In this document: piece by piece, positions 60,164 to 64,000 of the stretch | Position numbering within the stretch: position 1 is the first letter of the stretch | Layout: each line of letters opens with the position of its first letter | NCBI GenBank assembly: GCA_963745025.1 | Contig: CAVUWD010000013.1 | Coordinates: 288,001-352,000, forward strand | Direction: 5' to 3' | Origin: an uncultured delta proteobacterium | Lineage (GTDB): Bacteria > Desulfobacterota > Binatia > JACPRU01 | DNA: 64,000 nucleotides | Notes under the pieces: generated by a model | Told to the model about the DNA's origin: nothing | Database searches by the model: none | The model's input: only the letters and a program-made list of their open reading frames with translations | Position numbers and translations under genes: made by a program

Positions 60164-61189
60164 CTACACGCCCGAAGCGACTTCGTAGATGCCGAAGCCG
60201 CTGCCGGCTTCGGTTTCGAACCGACAGAGGTGATCGTTCAGGCCGGTGACCGCGGCGACGAGCGCCGGATCTCCGGTCGACCAGCGCTCGCTCTCGCAGA
60301 CGAGAGGGCCGCGGCGCATGCCCTGCGAGAGGCCGCGCCACCCGCCGTAGAGGCCGCCTCGGAGATAGATCGTCGCCGCGGGCGGGCTCGCGCGGAGCTC
60401 GACCGCTTCGCCGGTTTCGGTGCGCAGCGAGGCGTGGGCTCCGCGGAAGCGGCCGCGCTCGTCCCAATCGAGGATGCGCTCGACCGACGTGACCTTGGTC
60501 TCGCCCTTCGGCCCCGCGAGGCCGGCGCCGAGCAAGTGCGGCCCGCGGCTTCCGCCTCCGGAGAGGAGATAGAAGACGGCGCGGTCGCCGACGCGTGCGA
60601 CCACCCAGTCGTGACGACCCGCGGTCGGGGAAGGCGGCTCGCTCGGCGGCGCTTCGCTCGCGCCCGGGCGGATGCCCCAGGAGCGGTCGCGCAGACCGAA
60701 CCACGAGTCGGCGGTGAGCTCGCGCGCGACTCCGTCGATCGCCAGCCGGCCCTGCACGCGACCGAGCTCGACGAAGTGGGACCAGTCGAGGAGCGCTCCG
60801 GTCCTCCGCGAGCGGCGCTCGATATGTCCCGCGTCGATCGGAGGGAGGTCGGCGACGAACTCGAGGTCGTAGGAGACCTTCGCGTCGTTCTCGCCGAGCC
60901 GCAGCCGCCAGCGCCGCAGCGGCTCGAGAATCTCGGCGGAGAGGGGCCCGGCCTCCAGCCGCCGCTCGCTCGGCGCGCGCTCCGCAGAGGCGCGAAAGTT
61001 TCGCTGCGCGCCGCGCTCGACGAGGATCGCGAACCCGTCGACCACGCCGGCTCGCGGATAATGGCCCATGCCGAGCGAGAGCGTGACGTCGCCCGTGGGC
61101 GAGTGGACGTTCATGTAGAAGCGATCGAACCAACCGGGATCATCCGTCTGCGGCTGATGGGAGAAGAGATCGTCGTTCTGGCTCGGCAT
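60164..61189 (-). CDS. Conserved hypothetical beta-rich protein (tocopherol cyclase/CrtC-like)
   Basis: WFDRFY, EPLRRWRL, GLRDRSWGIRP, GFGIYE. Confidence 0.65.
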   Translation of the reverse strand: MPSQNDDLFSHQPQTDDPGWFDRFYMNVHSPTGDVTLSLGMGHYPRAGVVDGFAILVERGAQRNFRASAERAPSERRLEAGPLSAEILEPLRRWRLRLGENDAKVSYDLEFVADLPPIDAGHIERRSRRTGALLDWSHFVELGRVQGRLAIDGVARELTADSWFGLRDRSWGIRPGASEAPPSEPPSPTAGRHDWVVARVGDRAVFYLLSGGGSRGPHLLGAGLAGPKGETKVTSVERILDWDERGRFRGAHASLRTETGEAVELRASPPAATIYLRGGLYGGWRGLSQGMRRGPLVCESERWSTGDPALVAAVTGLNDHLCRFETEAGSGFGIYEVASGV

Positions 61190-61192
61190 GGA

Positions 61193-62149
61193 TCACCTCG
61201 TCTGGGCGCGCCGCGACTCGCGCTCGGTCTTCTCGGACTCGCTCTCGCCGAGGTGCTCGACGAAGAAGTCCGTCGCGTGGCGGAGCGACACGGACAGCCC
61301 CGGCTCGGAGTAGAGCCCGAGCTGATCGAACGGGAGGAACTCCAGCCGCTTCGGCTCGCTCGCTCGCTCGTAGGCTTGGCCGACCGCCCAGGCCGGATGG
61401 ACGACGTCGCGGCCGGCGGTCGTGACGATCAACAGCGGCCGCGGCGTGATGCGACCGACGAACGAGATCGGGGTCCACTCGAGGATCCGCTCGACCGACT
61501 CGAGCGTCATCGTATCGTCCCAGGTCTTGAGCAGCGCTTTTGCCCCGGCGAAGAAGTCGACGATCGACTGGTCGGAGGGAAGCCCGCAGAGCTCCCCGGG
61601 CCGTCCGCCAACCGGTATCCGCCGGCTCTTCTCGCCCCGGTAGCGGCGGGCGCGATCCTCGTCGAGGGCGGCGAGCAGCTCGTCGAATTGATCCTCGCTG
61701 CGGAGGAGCTTCATCCAGCGGTAGCCGTCGACGACCGGCACTTGCGACACCACGGCCTTCACGCGGCGGTCGACGGCGCCGACGAACATCACGAGTCCGC
61801 CGGCGAAGCTCGTTCCCCAGATCCCGATGCGATCCGGATCCACCTCGGGGCGCGACTGCAGGTAGCTCACGGCGTTGCGATAGTCCTCCGCCTCGTTCAG
61901 CGGAAACAGCTCGGCGCGCGGGTCGCCCTCGGAACGGCCGAAGCTGCGGTAGTCGATCGCCAGCGTGACGAAGCCGGCTCGCGCGAACCAGCGGCCGTGC
62001 TCGACGAGCGCTTCCTTGACGACCGAGAAGCCGTGGCCGATCACCAGGCCGGGACGCTTCGCTCCGGAGCGAAGATCGTCGGGCAGGTAGAGATCCGCCG
62101 CGCAGCGGAGCCCACCGCTACGAAAGAAAATCTCGGTTTCCATGAGCAT
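61193..62149 (-). CDS. Alpha/beta hydrolase (DLH/S15-like)
   Basis: GHGFS, DYRSFGRSEG, GIWGTSFAGG; GGAGG RBS. Confidence 0.88.
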   Translation of the reverse strand: MLMETEIFFRSGGLRCAADLYLPDDLRSGAKRPGLVIGHGFSVVKEALVEHGRWFARAGFVTLAIDYRSFGRSEGDPRAELFPLNEAEDYRNAVSYLQSRPEVDPDRIGIWGTSFAGGLVMFVGAVDRRVKAVVSQVPVVDGYRWMKLLRSEDQFDELLAALDEDRARRYRGEKSRRIPVGGRPGELCGLPSDQSIVDFFAGAKALLKTWDDTMTLESVERILEWTPISFVGRITPRPLLIVTTAGRDVVHPAWAVGQAYERASEPKRLEFLPFDQLGLYSEPGLSVSLRHATDFFVEHLGESESEKTERESRRAQTR

Positions 62150-62276
62150 CACCTCCTCGGGTTCGTGGACGCCCGGGCTCTCCCGCACCCGATACCACGG
62201 CTCCGTGCGCACGCGCATACTGGTTTCTCGGCGGGGATGTAGGGCGGTTCCCCTCGAATGCTTCGGAGCACGGAGA

Positions 62277-62475
62277 ACGTGGTCGGTTGTGATCGGCCCG
62301 CACTCGGGTCGATCATAACCGACCACGACCGCGCGCAGCGCGGAACGCAATCACCGGCGACTTGGTCTATTGCTTCCGCGCTTGCGCGCGGCGGCTGGAT
62401 TTTCCGGTTGACCCGAGTACGGGCCGACAAGAAAATCCAGCGTTTCGGAATCTCGAAGGATCGAGGTGAAGACTG
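62277..62475 (-). repeat. Three-hairpin intergenic repeat element, copy 2
   Basis: Reverse complement aligns end to end with 33971-34170. Confidence 0.85.
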
Positions 62476-62570
62476 GGACGCGCAACGATCCCCCTTGAAT
62501 CGCACACGCCGTTGCGAGATGCCTCGACACGCTCCCGGGGTAAAGCACGAGCACGAAAAGGCGGACGCAG

Positions 62571-62776
62571 ATGACCGAGCACGATGTGAGAGCTCTCGAC
62601 TCGTCGATCCACCACGTCGAGACCGGACAGGGCGATCCGATCGTCTTCCTGCGTTCCGTAACCTGACGGCTCGCAAGATTGGTCCTGGGCTGCACTTCGT
62701 CCAGGAGGACCACCCGGCCGAGATCGGCGACGCCGTGAAGGAGTGGCGCCGGCGCTCGGTGCCCGCTCTCGATTGA
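62571..62776 (+). pseudogene. Haloalkane dehalogenase remnant with the core deleted
   Basis: N-terminal MTEHDVRALDSSIHHVETGQGDPIVFL joined out of frame to C-terminal NLTARKIGPGLHFVQEDHPAEIG. Confidence 0.7.
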
Positions 62777-62802
62777 GTGGCGGCGGATGCGCACGGGCTC
62801 GC

Positions 62803-64000
62803 TCAGAAGCCGTGCTTCTTGAGCTTCGTCCAGAGCGTCCGATCCCCGATGCCGAGGAGCTTCGCGGCCGCGGACTTGTCGTCGTCGGTCGCCGCGAGCG
62901 CGTCGAGGATCATGCGCCGCTCCAGTGCCGTCAAGGCCCGCTCGAGGTTCAGATCGTCCCGTTCCGCTCTTCGCAGCTCGGCGTCGGTTCGCACGAGCGG
63001 GCCGATGAGCGACGGGCCGACGACCTCGCCTCGGCTAAGGACCGCCGCGCGTTCCATGAGGTTACGAAGCTCGCGCACGTTGCCGGGCCAGGCATAGGCC
63101 TGGAGCATCGGCACCGCCTCGGGAGCGAGCCGCAGCGCGGGCTTCCCTAGGTCGCGCGCGAAACCGGCGAGGAACGTCTCGGCGAGCAGCGCGACGTCTG
63201 CCGCCCGCTCGCGCAGTGGCGGAAGCTTCAGCTGGAAGACGTTCAATCGGAAGTAGAGGTCCTCGCGGAATCTGCCTTCCCGCATCGCGGCTTCGAGGTC
63301 GCGGTTCGTCGAGGAGACGATGCGCACGTCGACGGGGATCCGGCGGTTGGTGCCGAGCGGCTCGATGATGCCCTCCTGGAGCACGCGAAGCAGCTTCGCC
63401 TGGAGCCGCACGTCCATGTCGCCGATCTCGTCGAGAAAGAGCGTGCCCTCGTCGGCCGCCTGGAACTTGCCGACACGGTCCACGTGCGCGCCGCTGAAGG
63501 CGCCGCGCACGTGCCCGAAGAGCTCGCTCTCGAGAAGATCGGCGGGGATCGCGGTGCAGTTGAGCGGGACGAACAGCTTCTCCTTCCGGGGTGAGAGCTC
63601 GTGAATCGCGCGAGCGACGAGCTCCTTGCCGGTGCCGGTCTCCCCGGTCACGAGGACGGCGCTCCGGGTCGGCGCCACTTGCCGCACGAGCTCGAAGACG
63701 GAAACGATCGCCGGCGAGCTCCCCACGAGCTCGCCGAACGGCCCGCTGCCCCGCGTCTCCGCTCGCAGAAAACGATTCTCGAGCCGGAAACGCGAGAGGT
63801 CGAGCGCGCGGCGGATCACCATCTCGAGCGCGTCGACGTCGAAGGGCTTCTGCAGATAGTCGACGGCGCCGAGCTTCATCGCCTCGACGGCGGTCGGCAC
63901 CGTGCCGTGCGCCGTCAGCACGATGACCGGCACTTCGGCGTCGATCTCTCGGAGGTCGCGCAGGAGATCGATTCCGCTCCTGTCGGGCATCTTGAGGTCG
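62803..64000 (-). CDS. Sigma-54-dependent response regulator (NtrC/AtoC family), 5' truncated by the window edge
   Basis: Receiver remnant, GETGTGKE, ESELFGH, GAFSGA, WPGNVREL, Fis-type HTH. Confidence 0.93.
   Translation of the reverse strand, partial: DLKMPDRSGIDLLRDLREIDAEVPVIVLTAHGTVPTAVEAMKLGAVDYLQKPFDVDALEMVIRRALDLSRFRLENRFLRAETRGSGPFGELVGSSPAIVSVFELVRQVAPTRSAVLVTGETGTGKELVARAIHELSPRKEKLFVPLNCTAIPADLLESELFGHVRGAFSGAHVDRVGKFQAADEGTLFLDEIGDMDVRLQAKLLRVLQEGIIEPLGTNRRIPVDVRIVSSTNRDLEAAMREGRFREDLYFRLNVFQLKLPPLRERAADVALLAETFLAGFARDLGKPALRLAPEAVPMLQAYAWPGNVRELRNLMERAAVLSRGEVVGPSLIGPLVRTDAELRRAERDDLNLERALTALERRMILDALAATDDDKSAAAKLLGIGDRTLWTKLKKHGF

Overview
High-GC bacterial chromosomal window. 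Gene content is reminiscent of Binatia/Deltaproteobacteria-type soil or sediment genomes, but that is inference only. I recognised no rRNA, tRNA, CRISPR array or transposase. From left to right: (1) a cell-surface glycan modification region (1-21.8 kb) with two AlkP-superfamily paralogs, an FAD oxidoreductase, an O-antigen ligase-like protein, a frameshifted sulfatase, two paralogous secreted glycoside-hydrolase-like proteins whose predicted nucleophile Glu is replaced, an ArnT-like GT, a broken GT2-epimerase-DegT operon, an ECF sigma/anti-sigma/DUF3106 module headed by a secreted tandem-repeat protein, and two GT4s; (2) an aromatic catabolic cluster (22-33 kb) with gentisate dioxygenase, PaaX, a MetE-like Zn protein, a PaaK-like ligase, fumarylpyruvate hydrolase, maleylpyruvate isomerase, a CoA transferase and, divergently, a URO-D-like protein plus an FAD hydroxylase; (3) amidase, hydrolases, a 7-heme NapC/NirT-type cytochrome, an emfourin-protealysin pair, a CaiB fusion, a serine hydrolase and an L,D-transpeptidase; (4) a two-component system-TolC-MFP-RND-DUF1259-ChrA-SOD-like metal/chromate module; (5) an LvaAB-like kinase operon and a partial NtrC-type regulator. 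The most notable unexplained signals are a ~200-bp three-hairpin non-coding element present twice (33971-34170 and 62277-62475) with compensatory base changes, the unusual make-up of the gentisate cluster, and many short gene scars in intergenic spaces.
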